A DNA stretch of 64,000 nucleotides from Lytechinus pictus (lineage: Eukaryota), in the NCBI RefSeq assembly GCF_037042905.1, contig NC_087252.1, forward strand, positions 24,058,001 to 24,122,000, in the 5' to 3' direction. Below are positions 12,632 to 26,029 of this stretch, piece by piece. A model generated the notes under the pieces. The model worked only from the letters and a program-made list of their open reading frames with translations. It was not told the origin of the DNA and made no database searches. The position numbers were made by a program, and so were the translations under genes. How positions within the stretch are numbered: position 1 is the stretch's first letter; every line of letters starts with the position of its first letter.

Positions 12632-13139
12632 TTCAAGTTCAGTGTCTTTTCCAAAAATTGGCAAAAGCAATATCAGTAGATAACATTCTAAATTTCATGT
12701 CCTCTGATAGATTTTCTTGGAACTATTATATTCATATCTCTTTTTTTTGTGTGTGAAGCGAAACCTAGACATTCCTGTAAACTCCAAACAGGTTGTTCCG
12801 TTCTCAAACAAGACAAATTTTCTATTCTTAACATGTGCAACACAGATGTTGGGCAAGGAGAAGTTTCTGAAACCCATGAATTTAATATTTTCTCTCGATG
12901 TGTGTGGTTTGAATTTTGAAGCTTGCCTGGAGAACCTGAAAAATTTAGCAACGTTGAAATAGGGAGACAGCGTATTCATATGAAATCAGGATTTGTTTTA
13001 CTCTGTGAACTAATATCAAGCAAAACGATCCCTAGGAATGTTTCATGAAATGCTCCCCTTACCAGAAGATGGTCTTGTGACTTGTAAGCCAATTTCATAC
13101 GATCACTGCCCATATTGTTTGGAGCATCCGATGACTCCA

Positions 13140-13950
13140 TTAAACCTATTTAGTGGGATTTAGTTAAAAAATTAAAGTGAACTGGGTCTATAGTTCAACA
13201 TTGCTTTCCAACTTCACTTTTAAAAATTGAAGAGCTTTTTGACAGATGAAAAGTTATAGAATCTGTAAGATTGTATTGTATTTAGTCTGTATACAAAAAG
13301 GCAATGGCCCTTATTCTGAAGTCGGGTGTAACTTAGACCATGGTCTAACTCTGTGCTAAAATTATGGAAAGCCAAAAGTGTCAAAATTTTTGTTAAGTTG
13401 TATGTTTGTGTTTACTGTGCTCTTTCCTGATTCTTCAATGGTGAAGACAATCATCTATTTATACATCCTAGACAATTATGAATGATTTGAGAGCCAAATG
13501 AGATGAAATATATCTCTACTGTTAGTGATTTATGTAACAATTGGCTATCCATAGTTAAACCACAACTTTAAACCTGATTTTAAGTTAAACCCGACTTCAG
13601 AATACTGGCCAATGAATCTAGAAACCTCCAGTCACACAATCGAATCTATTCAGGTGACCCCACTTAAGAAACTAAATGTGAGCTGGGTCTATAGTTCAAT
13701 ATGGTTTCCAAACTTTGCCAGATGAAAAGCTACATCGAGTTTGTAAACACAAGTTAGGACTCTTGGAACGTACAGTCACACATTTAAACCGATTCAGTGG
13801 GATCAAGATTTGGAAACTGAATGTGAACTGGGTCTTTAGGTCTTTACTTCTTTACCTCAACATGGCGTTCCAACTTCGCTTTAAAACTGGAAATGATTTT
13901 GACAGATGAAAAGCTACCTTGAGTTTGTAAACAAAAGTGAGGACTCTTGA
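13140..13950. repeat. Degenerate three-copy tandem repeat (~150-170 bp) interrupted by a MITE
   Basis: GTGA(A/G)CTGGGTCT..TTCCAA..CAGATGAAAAG(T/C)TA recurs near 13177, 13678 and 13823. Confidence 0.7.
13306..13610. mobile_element. Harbinger-like MITE family B
   Basis: GGCCCTTATTCTGAAGTCGGG / CCCGACTTCAGAATACTGGCC; AAT duplication on both sides. Confidence 0.88.
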
Positions 13951-14134
13951 GTCGATCCTTATATTATATAGAGATATCATGCTGGCCATGGGGGAAGGAT
14001 CTCCTATGAAGCTGTGTTACTATGGCTGTTTAACACACAGCTGCAGCTGCGATGCTTTCCTTCCATCACATCCCACCGCTGTCACCTGTCTCGTGTGTTC
14101 AGATAATTTAAGTAGTACGTTTTCTAAGACCGGA

Positions 14135-14497
14135 CACTGCAGAAATGCCATTGATGATTAACACCGATCCAGTGTCTTACAGGTTAACACCAGAGAAGTG
14201 TTGAAACTGCACCATTATGGCTTTGGGCTAACACCATATAGCCGTTTAAAGACCAGTAAGTGTTAAAGTAATAGTGGTTTGATTCTAAATTGGCGTTATT
14301 TTAACACTTGTCTGCCGCCACAGATAACTTAATACCAGCCCAGCATCTATACTGGGACACACCAGAAAAGTATTGAAATTGCACCAATTTGGCTTAGGTC
14401 TAACACCATATAGGCATTGAAACACTACCAGCCAGTGTTTAAGCAACAACAGGTTGATTCTAAACTGATGTTCTTCAAACACTTATTTTTCAAGTGT
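14135..14497. mobile_element. Degenerate CACT-terminal MITE related to 57400-57641
   Basis: CACTGCAGAAA start and repeated AACACCA/GAAGT(G/A)TTGAAA blocks like the 57.4-kb element. Confidence 0.5.
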
Positions 14498-16333
14498 TTC
14501 CTATGTAGATAACAAGTTGTTGGCGGCAAATTAACATTGGGAATTTTGCATTTTTTTATAAATTAAGCATAGGTTCAATCTTATAGCACAGGATAACTGG
14601 ATCACGCGAATGAAGAAGTTGTGGTGATTTCCCTCCAATTTTGAAATTTCCCACAAATCTTTTACAACAAGATTCATTCAACCAATTCTTAATTTTGAGG
14701 TAAATAAAACCAAATCCTGTTTTACGTCTCAAGGGGAAAGTATTACAGAAATTTGTATGATTCACATAATTTCTTTCCTTTCATGAGGAAAGGATGCCAG
14801 AGAAATGAGGAGCTAAATATCCTACCTCTCTTATAACCACATCAGCCTTCGCCTCTAAACAACAGTTTCCTCGAAAATCAAAATGGCATTGACAAATGAG
14901 AGCAGAACTTGGGCCATGCTTTTAAGAACACATGTGAGAGATGGGGAGATTGGGCTGTTCACACCAAGATCTTTTTTTCTTACAAAATATAGGGCTAAGC
15001 TCTTTACATCTGGTAATATGATTCAGGGAATATCTAGGATTTCAGAATTGGTGAGAGGATGAGGAAAAAAAATTACAAATAAAGGGCACTTTTAGTAAAA
15101 AAATTATTATTTTTTTATTAAAAAGAAATGAAAAAAAAAAGATTGTTTCCAATCCTCTCATCCAAAAGGGCAGCACAAGAAGGGGTGTAAGATGGTACAA
15201 CTCGCCAGTCTTCAATTTTGGGGAGCATGTGCTCAATACCCCCCCCCCCCCACCTTCCCCCTCCCCTCCCCCTGGATCAATGCTTGATCTGACCATGGAC
15301 CTACTACAGGTCCACGATCTCTCATTGTTCAGTGTCAGGTCTATTTTGCAGATTTGTGAAATGTATTCACTTATCTATACTGCCAGTTTGAATCGATTGA
15401 TGCGATATGATAAGTTGAAATTTCCAACTGAAAACCATGTGTATATCAGTACATCAATTTTTTTACCTTGTTAGAAAGAGGATAACGTGAATATTTCGAA
15501 GGCTAGAGATTTAGTGCAGTGAGTAATATCTTCCGATTGGTAAGTGAGCCCAAACTTGGATGTCTCCAAGGAGAAGACGGAGTTGACAGCCTGACCCAAA
15601 TCAATGTTTCCAATTCTGAAGAATTCAATTGTTCGCAGCCACAGGTAGAGTAATTGATAAGGCTTATTGACTTATTAAGGCTATATTGTTAATGGTATTT
15701 GGCTCGGAAAATGACAGCAAGAAAACACAGTACAAAATAAAGAGCTAGTGACTTTTGTAGGAGATAGATTTTTGCCCAATATTATGAAGGAAAAATCATT
15801 GTTAAATTTCCATATCTTGGTAATTCCCCACACAACCACAACCCTAAAAACTACAGTAAAATACATTCTGTAAATATGCAACGACAAAAACTGATTTTGA
15901 CATAAATGTATCTACAAGTGGAAAAGTTCCCCTAAACAGGACACAGTGTACTTTTTTATAGTCCTAGGGGGAGCAACAAGCAAAAATTTATTTGGTCAAG
16001 AAACTGACTTTTTTCAAAGTGTTCAAATGACTCACATTTTTTTAAACACACTGTACTCCTAGCATTCACATTCCTCACACAAACTCATTACAATCAGTTT
16101 CAGAGAATCATTAGGCCCTTTCCATTAAATTTTGTTCCTTTTAATTTTCTTCCCTTTTTTGTTCATTTTTATTCCCTTCCCATATACTCTGGCAGTATAT
16201 CCTGTAAAGCATCTAACTGACAGTCTCACTTACTTTCTAAAAATGTGCTCCCTGACTCATTTCTGAGGCAACAACCGCAAATCAAAACACAAACACAAAA
16301 TAAAACACAACACAGAGTACTCTCCTCTTTTAA

Positions 16334-16820
16334 AGGGGAAGTTCACCCTGATAATATGTTGGCTTTAATCACTCTAAAAAAAGAGAAAATATTTAGGGCA
16401 GTTTGATGAAAATCATCAAAGAATAAGAGAGTTATGAGTTGTTGTTTTTAGCTTTTTAATTGATGGCATCATATATCCAAGCAGCTCACCCAAGTTATCA
16501 TGTAATATTAATTTTGTATATTTCAATTCTTAATGGAAAATGATTAACTAAAAAATACAAAGATCAAATGGGGGTATCATATGGAATGATGTATCTGATG
16601 ATATATCCCCTAAACAAATAAAATAACTTCAATTTTTCTAAAGAAAATGACACTTTAAAGAATTTATATCACAGGATATACACGGGGGAGCGGCCCATCT
16701 GTGATTTCACAAAATAAAAACATCCACGAAAATCACTCCTTATTTCTCTGACAGATTTTCATCACACCTTCACCAATATTTGACTTTTTCTTTTTTTTTT
16801 CAAAACCAATTTTTCGTCAT
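16334..16820. mobile_element. Degenerate TTAA MITE family D
   Basis: TTAA|AGGGGAAGTTCACCCTGA start identical to 52374; right end eroded. Confidence 0.65.
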
Positions 16821-17029
16821 ATATTGCAGATAAGAGTGTTTGACCCTGGAGGAAGTAAAGGTCAACCATGGAGTCCATGGAGTGTAGCCAAGTCATGTTT
16901 CATAAGGCTGTTGAGAAGTTATGCATGATTTAACAAACAACTAGTGACCTTATTGTGCTACATGATATCTCTGTATCATATATAGCTGGTGTAAGCACCT
17001 CCTAATAATTTCTTGTAGTGCGTCAAGTC

Positions 17030-17145
17030 ATGTGCAAATTTATGTGTAAATCTGTGCGTAGATTTGTGTCTAAATTTGGGTGTAAATTTGTGCGTAGATG
17101 TGTAAATTTCTGCATAAATTTGTGTAAATTTCTGTGTAAATTTGA
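17030..17145. repeat. ~12-bp minisatellite (TGTGTAAATTT/CT) inside a degenerate MITE (~16890-17185)
   Basis: Successive tgtgtaaatt/tgtgcgtaga units. Confidence 0.7.
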
Positions 17146-17369
17146 GCATGAAATCATGTGTGACTGTGACTTACGAACAGCTCAAAGGCAATCACATTTT
17201 AAAACGGCTTATTTCCATCAGCCATCTAAAAAACTTTGTGAAATTTGAGTCATATAAGGCCTATATATTTTCATTCAGTTGATAAAGTAACACAAGAAAG
17301 GGAAATATCTTGTTACTGTGAAGATAACTTCATACAGACCCATGTGTTATCAAAAGATGCAGGTCTCAT

Positions 17370-17775
17370 GGTAAATTGCCAATTCGTCCACTGCCAACTC
17401 GTCCACTCACCACATGGTCTACCTTCATTTTAATTAGTCTAATGCCATTCTGCCCATCAACATTTCAGCTAACAACCATTTGGTCTGATCATCACTTCGT
17501 ACAATCACCAGTTCGTCTATTTACATTTCGTCTAATAACCAGTTGGTCTAATACCCATTTCTTTTCATTTATTTTGCACAATTAACACTTTAGTTTAATT
17601 AGACCACATGGTATACAGACTAAATGGCTATTGGACCAACTGGTTATTAGACGGAATGACATAAGACTAAATGAAAGTAGACCATGTGGTGAGTGGACGA
17701 ACTGATGGTAGACCAAATGATAGTAGACGAGTTGGCAATTGGACGATTTGACATTAGACAAATTGGAAATAAACT
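17370..17775. mobile_element. MITE with GG termini and 8-bp TSD (Merlin-like?), family H
   Basis: GGTCTCAT duplicated exactly at 17362-17369 and 17776-17783. Internal inverted arrays of TCGTC(C/T)A / TAGACGA motifs. Inverted copy at 43434-43842. Confidence 0.85.
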
Positions 17776-18864
17776 GGTCTCATATCAGTCAAAAGTGGAA
17801 TACAGCACAGACTATGCGTGATGGAAGTTGAAGTTCCCTCTCTTAATCACTGCCATCGATTTCACTCCTAATCTCTTCTCACTGTTCATGACATCTTCAC
17901 ATTAATCACTGGTGCGTAATTTCCCTTCTGTAAATTGGCCACATGCACCCGCTCTCAATTCGATTACAATTCATTCCAAATTTGTTTCCCATGATCTCGG
18001 ATGTTTAAGGGTCAAGACAAAACGTCTTCAGGATCGCAGATCCAGATGGAATATAGATGTCCTACACATTCCACAGGATAATGTCAACCACTAATTCTAA
18101 GTGTAGGCACAAGCATAGACCTAGAAATGACATCAAAGTTTCTGTTATCGTTGTTCATCTATTTACCATCATTAAAAAATGATTGCTTGACGTTCCGTGA
18201 ACTCTAGCTAAAGTGACCTTTTCGGTTTGCGTTTTTATTTGTGATTCATGTCTGTGATTACAGCTTTTATAAAATCAATTGAAAACATTTTCTCTATAAA
18301 TTAAATGATTGTAATTGACACAACAATCTGAATATCAGCAATTTGAATATGAGATTGAGAAAGTTGTACATACATTTACACTTAAAATCAAATTTCTGAA
18401 AAGGGTAACTTTATTCATTCCATCTAAAAGGTACATAACTTCATTTTATCACCCAAGATGGTGCAAAGTACATGTAACTGATGCATAAAGTAGCAACTTG
18501 TACTAAGAACATCTTGGTTTTTCCTCCTAAAAATCATCCATTACCAGTGATATCATAATGTTCTCCCTTTCTTTCAAACAATGTATTAATGACAGCAACC
18601 ATACTTTAAACTTCAGAATTAAACTACATTAATATCTTCATTAGATAAATGAATTGTTCATCAAGATTTCACAACATGACTCACATAATGTTTCAACAAT
18701 CATTAAATCCTGCCAGTCTAAACTCTTTTGGTTGAGAATTTTGTAAATTATTTTAGACTATCATCTAAAATGTTATTCTTACAAAGTGTTGATTGATATC
18801 ATTTCTCCTTTTGTTTGTATAGGCCCTGGCCCTGGGAAGTGGGGGGTGCTGCATGCGTTATTCT

Positions 18865-18895
<31 letters not shown>

Positions 18896-21241
18896 GTCAA
18901 ATTTAAACCAGTACCCCAGTAAAAAAATTGTTCCCAGGCCCTGATAGAAAAATGTGTGTTATATAGAAATTAAACTGTGTTGAATAGATTTATTAAAACA
19001 GAATAGGGTAGCACTTTCTATCCAAACATGATACACCTTTCGAGGAATGCCAATATTTTTCTTCTCCTCCAAAATAATGCATTACATTTCTTTCAAACGC
19101 AGATTCACAACTTCGTAGAAATTACTGAAAGAAAATATGCAATTATGTGAAGTCTAGACAGGATAGGGCCGACCTCATGACAAGTTTTCTATAAAAAACA
19201 CACACTAATTGATTCTTGATTCTAATAGACGTTTCATACTAACATTAATCAAATTTGATCGCAGTTATTTCATAAACATTTCCCCCAATACAAAACATGC
19301 CTTTTCGCCTTCAGAGTGACGCGACCAAACTCGATTTTTGATGAAGCTGTTCAAATTCGATTTCAGGGAAGGACTTGTGATGTATTTTGACCAAAAGTAC
19401 AGGGAGGTGTTTTTGAGAACTGAGACTGGACTCATTTCTGTGGTGCCGGCAAGTTCAAGGACACCATAGACAAGACACAGGAACTTGTCTGTTATTTTAG
19501 TGAGAACTGAGCACAGTCTGGTTAGGTGAGAGGAATAATGCCAGGATTGTCATTAGTATGGGGAAACAATCAATTCTACACATTGGCCCTTATCCATGGA
19601 ATTATTCAGAGATTTTGACAAAATAATCAACAAAATATTTTCACGATTTTGATGAGGACGGTATGATCCCAAAATCATTTGGTTTTGGTCAATTTCACAC
19701 TGTGTTTTAGATATAACTTATTCAAATAGATCAAATATCAGTTTTCTGTATTATTTAAATCACATAGTATTGTAAGAGACAGTAGAACAATCATAGACTT
19801 TGCAATGGTATTTCAACTGTGCAAATGAAAAATATGTATATTTCTGTGTGTTTATATAAAAAAAAGAAGGTAAGCTTGTAACATGAAATGATACAGAACC
19901 TTTATAATAACAATTATAAGGATTATAATTTGCTCTTCAAAAAAAGACCACACACAATCTACTCAAAGTTGGTACTCGAGATTGAAAAAATAATAATTCA
20001 AAATAATCACTTTGAAAACTAAGAGTGCCTGTCATTTTTACATAAAAATTATGTTACTTTTCAATGTAAGTTTCAAATTGATAAAATTCCCCTGGAATAA
20101 GATAAATTTTTCAAATCTGGAGTGATTGTTCTATCTAGTCTTCCTATTGCTGATGCCTCCAATAATAAGAGTGGATTTTTATGGCAAACTGAATAGAGAA
20201 GAGTAACTCTGAAGAACACACACCTGTCCTGCAATTTCTCATTATATGCAGTCTCTAGCATCATTCCCCCGGCCTTTCTTTCTTTCTTATTCTTTTTAAT
20301 GGCAAATAGTGCAGTATCTTCGTTTTGCACCTGGGTCGTTAGTTTACAAAATCGCAGCTCTCAGAATGACCTTGCCTCCTTTAACATGGTGGGCTTCTGA
20401 AAGACGGTTCGTTAATGAGTATTAATCTACATGTAATCAATGCAGTAGACCGTTCAATCAAATTTACAAACCACGGGTTTCAATTGAGTTAGCTCTGCTC
20501 TCTGACTCAAAATGACTTCACATCAGTACCTTGCTTGGTAGTCTGCCATTCCAGACCTCAAGCCCGGTGCCTACTACACGATCCAACTACGACACAATTT
20601 TTTAACAAATCGTAATATGCATTGAATATGAAAATTCCAAGAAGTGAAATTATTAATCCGACGATTGGCATAATACAACATGTAGGAATACTCAAATCAA
20701 AATTTTGCTTTACTGCAAGCTGTGTGGTCAGAAAATAGTCTCGACTGGATTCATGTCACAGCCGATGACGACATGATTATGATTTGGAATTGTTTTTTTC
20801 TCTCTCTCTTCACAGAGGCTTGAGATTGGAATTTCAATTTTTCATATTCACACCACTATACAGAAATATCAAACGCTATTACAATTTCTTCAAAAATCTG
20901 ATCCCAACGCAGTGCTCGTCGAGCCAGTATCTTTTCAGAAATAGCCAGATTTACCGTTCCGACATGACCAGTAAAAAAATATATTAATCTTATACAAATA
21001 TTTTCTTCTCTTTTGTAAATTTATAAAAATGGCTGTGGCGTTTCAAAAAAGGCTCTCAAGAATTATGTTGTTTGTGTGTGTGTACTGTTTTTTTTTTTGG
21101 GGGGGGGATAATACTAAGTAGTAAAAGATAGCAAAATAAACTCAAATATTTTGTTGTGTTTCTTTATTTTAGGGGACCAGCAGATATTAGTTTGGATCAG
21201 TAAAAAATAGAAAAACTCGGTATCTACTGGTTAGACATAAA

Positions 21242-21642
21242 GGCCCGAATTCACAAAGGTGGTTTTGAAAACCCACGGTTGAGTCCATGGTTTATGCAGA
21301 TTCCTTCTTAAATTACGCTATTTTACCGCGTATATTTGATAATGCCCAATGCTGATGGGCGCTTTTGTCACAGTGCGCCAAATTGACACCTGCTGCCGTG
21401 GTTATCCACGCTATTTTATTCATGAGTCCACTCTTCAAACAGTGGACTCATGAATAAAATAGCGTATCTAACTATGGAAACAGGCGTCAATTTGGCGCAC
21501 TGTGACAAAAGCGCGCATCAGCATTGGACATTTTTTTACAAGCGTGTGATACACGCTAAAATAAGCGTAATTTATACAGGAAATCTGCATAAACCATGGA
21601 CTCAACCGTGGGTTTTCAAAACCACTTTTGTGAATTCGGGCC
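21242..21642. mobile_element. Near-perfect foldback MITE (~195-bp arms), Harbinger-like ends
   Basis: GGCCCGAATTCACAAAGGTGGTTTTGAAAACCCACGG.. mirrored over the whole length around ~21437; flanks AAA/AAG. Confidence 0.9.
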
Positions 21643-23029
21643 AAGCAGGCTGGACCAGGTGAAAATAGGGTGTGGAGCCCTGCCCCGGTGTTACAATCAC
21701 ACCAACGAAACTGACTCTAAACAGACTGGTCTGGATTCAGTTTCACTGGTGTGAATGTAGCAAACCGCTTTGAACAAGTATGCAGAACTTAAGAAACTTG
21801 GAATGTTTACACTTGTGTATAGATTAATTGTACAGGCCTAAATGTGTAGACCAGGCTCTCAAAAGTTATGCAAGACTATATGCATGACTTCTGAACATTT
21901 CTTGCGCTGCATGATATATCCTATGTAGCTGATAATGTTTGAACAACAACACTATTCTGCAGTCTTAAGCCGAGACTAGTCAGACTTAACCTTGGCAGCC
22001 AATGATAGCTTTGACATTCCAAGTTCACTTATTTTCTCTTTTTTTACAGGGGGGGGGTCACTTTAACGGTGACAAATGATAAAGTCGTAGCACAGGGATC
22101 CGGGCACATAGTCTAGTAAGCTATATAAATACACCATGATCAAATACAGACATCCAAAACACAGGTGGAATTTGGGCAAATAGTTGAAAAGGGGAAATAT
22201 CTGTATAATCATAGCTCAAAAAACCCTGATGGGTTATGTGCAATGTGGTGCTACAATCAATATTTAAAGGGAACAAACTGATTTTTTTCTTTTATGAAAT
22301 ATGATTTTATCTTATCCTTAAAACAATTCTGTTAATCTATATTAAATTACTTTTCACAAGAACTTTCAATTGTTTTTAGTTGTGGTTTAAGGGTTGGAAA
22401 ATATGGGCCACATTTGATCATATTACATGTAAGATGGTAACATCAGATCCAAAGATGAAATTGAAAACAATAAGGTAAACTTATTAAACCTTCTCTTCTA
22501 GTAATTACATGAATCCTGATGGAGTAAAAAGCAGATTGCTTCAAATGATATTGATATTAAAGTTTCAAATAAGATTAATAATTTGGAACCTTATTGCTAA
22601 GACACTAGTAATATCCTTTCATTTGAGTCACTTAGTAATTGTCTATTCCTGTCTTTTTTTTTCAGGTTTCTTTTGTTTCAAACTTTTGAACTGTCCAAAA
22701 GGATCCTTGAAACTATTTTTACATATCAAACACATAATCTACCTTGGCCTCAAAGAGCTTTACACTTATTTCACAAAATTAATTAATACCAGTTTTCATA
22801 GTGTTAACAGATAAAGCACTCATCAAATCACTACATCGCTAAATCTGAATTAAAAATATTTCCCTGTGCCATTTAGTTCCACCCTTTCAGCAAGCGAAAG
22901 GTACAATTTTGGCTTATTTATGCCATATATAGTAATTACTTATAATGTACATCAGGACCTCAAAACACAAGCCTTAAACTTATCAATTATTGTAGGGTTA
23001 ATTTGTTTACTACTGATTACATTAATTTA

Positions 23030-23287
23030 AAAAAATCCATATTTTATTGTTCGAAATAGACATGAAATGAAATACTCCGAAAATTTGCTTTGCCCAATTG
23101 ATCGTGGGCCTGGCAGCCGCTGTGCAGCGCCGGATCCACGAGGCTCTATCCCTTTAATCGTTGAATGCCAAACGGGTAGCAGCAACTCCCATCTTTTAAC
23201 GTCTTTTGGTCGGACATGGCCGGGGTTTGAACCCCCGACCTCCCGGTTGTGAGACGGACGCTCTACCGACTGAGCCAACACACCGGT
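23030..23287 (-). mobile_element. tRNA-derived SINE (family S1), full length
   Basis: Minus strand ACCGGTGTGTTGGCTCAGTCGGTAGAGCG..GGTTCAAACCCCGG followed by a non-tRNA body. A 3' fragment is repeated at 23453-23538. Confidence 0.88.
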
Positions 23288-23825
23288 GTTTCAAAGCAAT
23301 CAAATAAGCAATCAATCATATATATTCTTTCTTTAAATGGGATCATAAAACTTTGAAGTTTTAAAAATGTTACAAAAGTCTTAAAAATAATATTCATTAG
23401 AGTAATCTATAATCAAATAAAATAAGTTTTGTAATATATTCATCTCAATATGAAAATCCATATTTTTTTTATTTTTCGAAATAGACATGAAATGAAATAC
23501 TCGGAAAATTTGCTTTGCCCAATTGATCGTGGGCCCGGTATAATATATATTTTTTCATCATATATATTTCTCATAATAATATAATTTTTTATAATATTCT
23601 AATCAGAGGTCTTTATGAAAAGGGGTCAGATTAGTCAGTCATGTTGGCAATATTGGAAGGTGAATACATGTCATTATAAATGACTGATACATCATAGACT
23701 GTTAGGAGCCTAATCACATGATGATGTCATAGCATCAGATAATTAATCCACTGACGAGATTAGAGCTGCTTATAGACATATTAAAAAGTAAGTTCCCATT
23801 CCCTCTCCCCGGTATCACAGATTAA

Positions 23826-24218
23826 AGGTAAATGCTAGTTTTGGTAACGATTTCAAAATGAGTTCGTACAGAATCCAATGAAATGACCACCAAAGTGTCT
23901 GTTTGTATAAATAAAACATATGTGCCAAACGATTCTGGAAGAAATTGTGTAATTGCTGAGAAATCAGCAAATAAGCACAGGATTCGGGTAGAGCGTCGGG
24001 CCCGACATTCGAAGCAATAATACACTGTCCCACGTGCCCTTATCTGTGTTGGGGATCTTCAGCCTGAACATTTTTCAGCGTAGATTTCAAGATTTCACAA
24101 AGTTCAGTTTATGTAACTGTACCAGATCTAGATCCTCGATGATATACCTGACAATTAAGCCTTGTTTTACAGACTTTCTCATGAAATCAGTGTTTACTGC
24201 AACTACTGGAATTTCTCT
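23826..24218. mobile_element. TTAA MITE (Kolobok-like), family F
   Basis: TTAA|AGGTAAATGCTAGT ... ACTGGAATTTCTCT|TTAA; inverted copy at 39154-39548. Confidence 0.82.
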
Positions 24219-24354
24219 TTAATATCAATAAATCAATATTTACTACTTTGTTGACTTGGAACTTGATTTGGAACTTGATGATTTAACTCTGAGCTTCAAC
24301 ATGTTAATCTGTAGTCACTTTATACATCCATGACTAAAAAATAACATTAGCAAG

Positions 24355-24950
24355 TAGTTGGCAATTTTGTCCAGAATTCAAAGATCATCACTGTTCCAGT
24401 AACTGCTGGAAACATTTTGCTGACTTTAAGGTAAATCGGTTATGTAGGAGTAGTCAAAGCTTTAAGCAGAGGAGGACGCAAGTGCTGTCAGGTATTTGAA
24501 TCCGCACATTGTGGTTCAAGTTTACATCCGTACACTTATCCACTGAGCCCCAATACCTCTTCATATAATAGGTTACAATTTGTTATGGTTAATAAACACT
24601 GATAATTTACAAATTGTCTGACATATCAACTCTTTAGATATACATGGTTTTTTTTACTTGGCAAGTTTATCCAGATTTCAATAATCATCACTGTTCCAGT
24701 AACAGCTGTAAACATTTTGCTGACTTTAACGTAAATACAATTATTTAGAAATATTTAAAGCTTTAAGTAGAGGAGGATGCAAGTTTTGTCAGGGATTTGA
24801 ACCCAGACACTGTGGTTCAAGTTAACGTCTGGACACGATGCCTTTCATGAACAAGTTATGATTTTTCTATTTATTTTATCAAATGTTATAATTTTTTAAG
24901 GTTAATGAAAATTGATAATCTACAATATTGACTTTTTAGCTACATGTTTT
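24355..24950. repeat. Two-copy tandem duplication, ~300-bp unit containing a tRNA/SINE-like remnant
   Basis: ATCATCACTGTTCCAGTAAC..AACATTTTGCTGACTTTAA at ~24384 and ~24684. Confidence 0.8.
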
Positions 24951-26029
24951 TTCATGATGAGAATAAAAACCTAAACTTTATAAACAGACAGTAAAAATAT
25001 ACCCAATATTGGGTAGAAAGGGAACGTGCATCTTTAGGCCTACTGGGTAATTTTTTCCACAATATTGGGTAAAATGCATGTTTGAAGGGGAAATTTCAAC
25101 GCAACATTGCGTAAAATTTACAAAATATTTGGGATCTTTTTATCCAACAAACATGCATGTTCCCAATATTACCCAATATTGGGTAAACTTTTTTTAGAGT
25201 GTATCAAATGATCCATGATTGAATGCACTATTAGCATTTACTTCTTCAACAAAACCACTTGTTAGCTATTTCTGGGTCTAGATTTTTATTTGGATAGGTC
25301 TAGGTCTAGATCGGTATTTGAACCAGTCCACCAGGGGTTAGAGTCGAGCATTGCTTCGTAATCTGTAAAAATATGACTCAGAGCCTAGGTCAATAATTTA
25401 AAATCTCTGAAGACAGATTCCTCTATCAGTGGTCCCTAGTTTCATTCAGAACCAAATCATTTCACATACAACTATTCTTTATATTTCTAACCATAATTTT
25501 TTTCGTTCTCATGTACTTCATTCTTGTTTAATTTACCAAGAAAATTGAGAAAGCAGCTGCATCAATAAGTTTTTTTTTAAGTACAAAGAATGCTCAATTT
25601 GTTTTTTCAATAGTTTGTAAATATATGTATGTATATACGATGTCTAAAAATCTAGATATTTCATTTTTAACTAAATGCATAAATTTATAGACCTGTATAT
25701 CTTTTCGTGTTGTACATCATATGTTGTACGCCTATGATTGAGGTGTCGATAGAGTCAAATATAACTATTTTCAATGGATGCTACAGTATATACAGTGCAC
25801 GTATATTCTACATTTCTCATGTATTGTGTAAGGCAAACAGTAAAAGAAATAGGGATACCAGGCAAAACAAAAATAATTACGCCCAAATAATACATCTGCA
25901 AAGGATTTCTAGATGCTTCTCTGGAGTAAGAAAAACACTAAATAAAAACAAAATATTGTCATATTATTTGCATTTCTATTAGGCTCAATATATAAAAAAT
26001 CAAATATTTCTATTAGGCTCAATATAAAA

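Noticed and set aside
15475..15545. Plus-strand exon-like segment (ttgttag|...|gtaagt)
   Set aside because: Stop codons in all three frames and no partner exons.
16866..16880. CATGGAGTCCATG as another excision footprint
   Set aside because: Too short and without a flanking 7-bp duplication.
23200..23287. Possible tRNA genes (also ~29350-29429, 32140-32217, 33540-33609, 61620-61690)
   Set aside because: A and B boxes are present, but acceptor stems do not close and each head continues into a shared multi-copy body and tail, so these are SINE heads.
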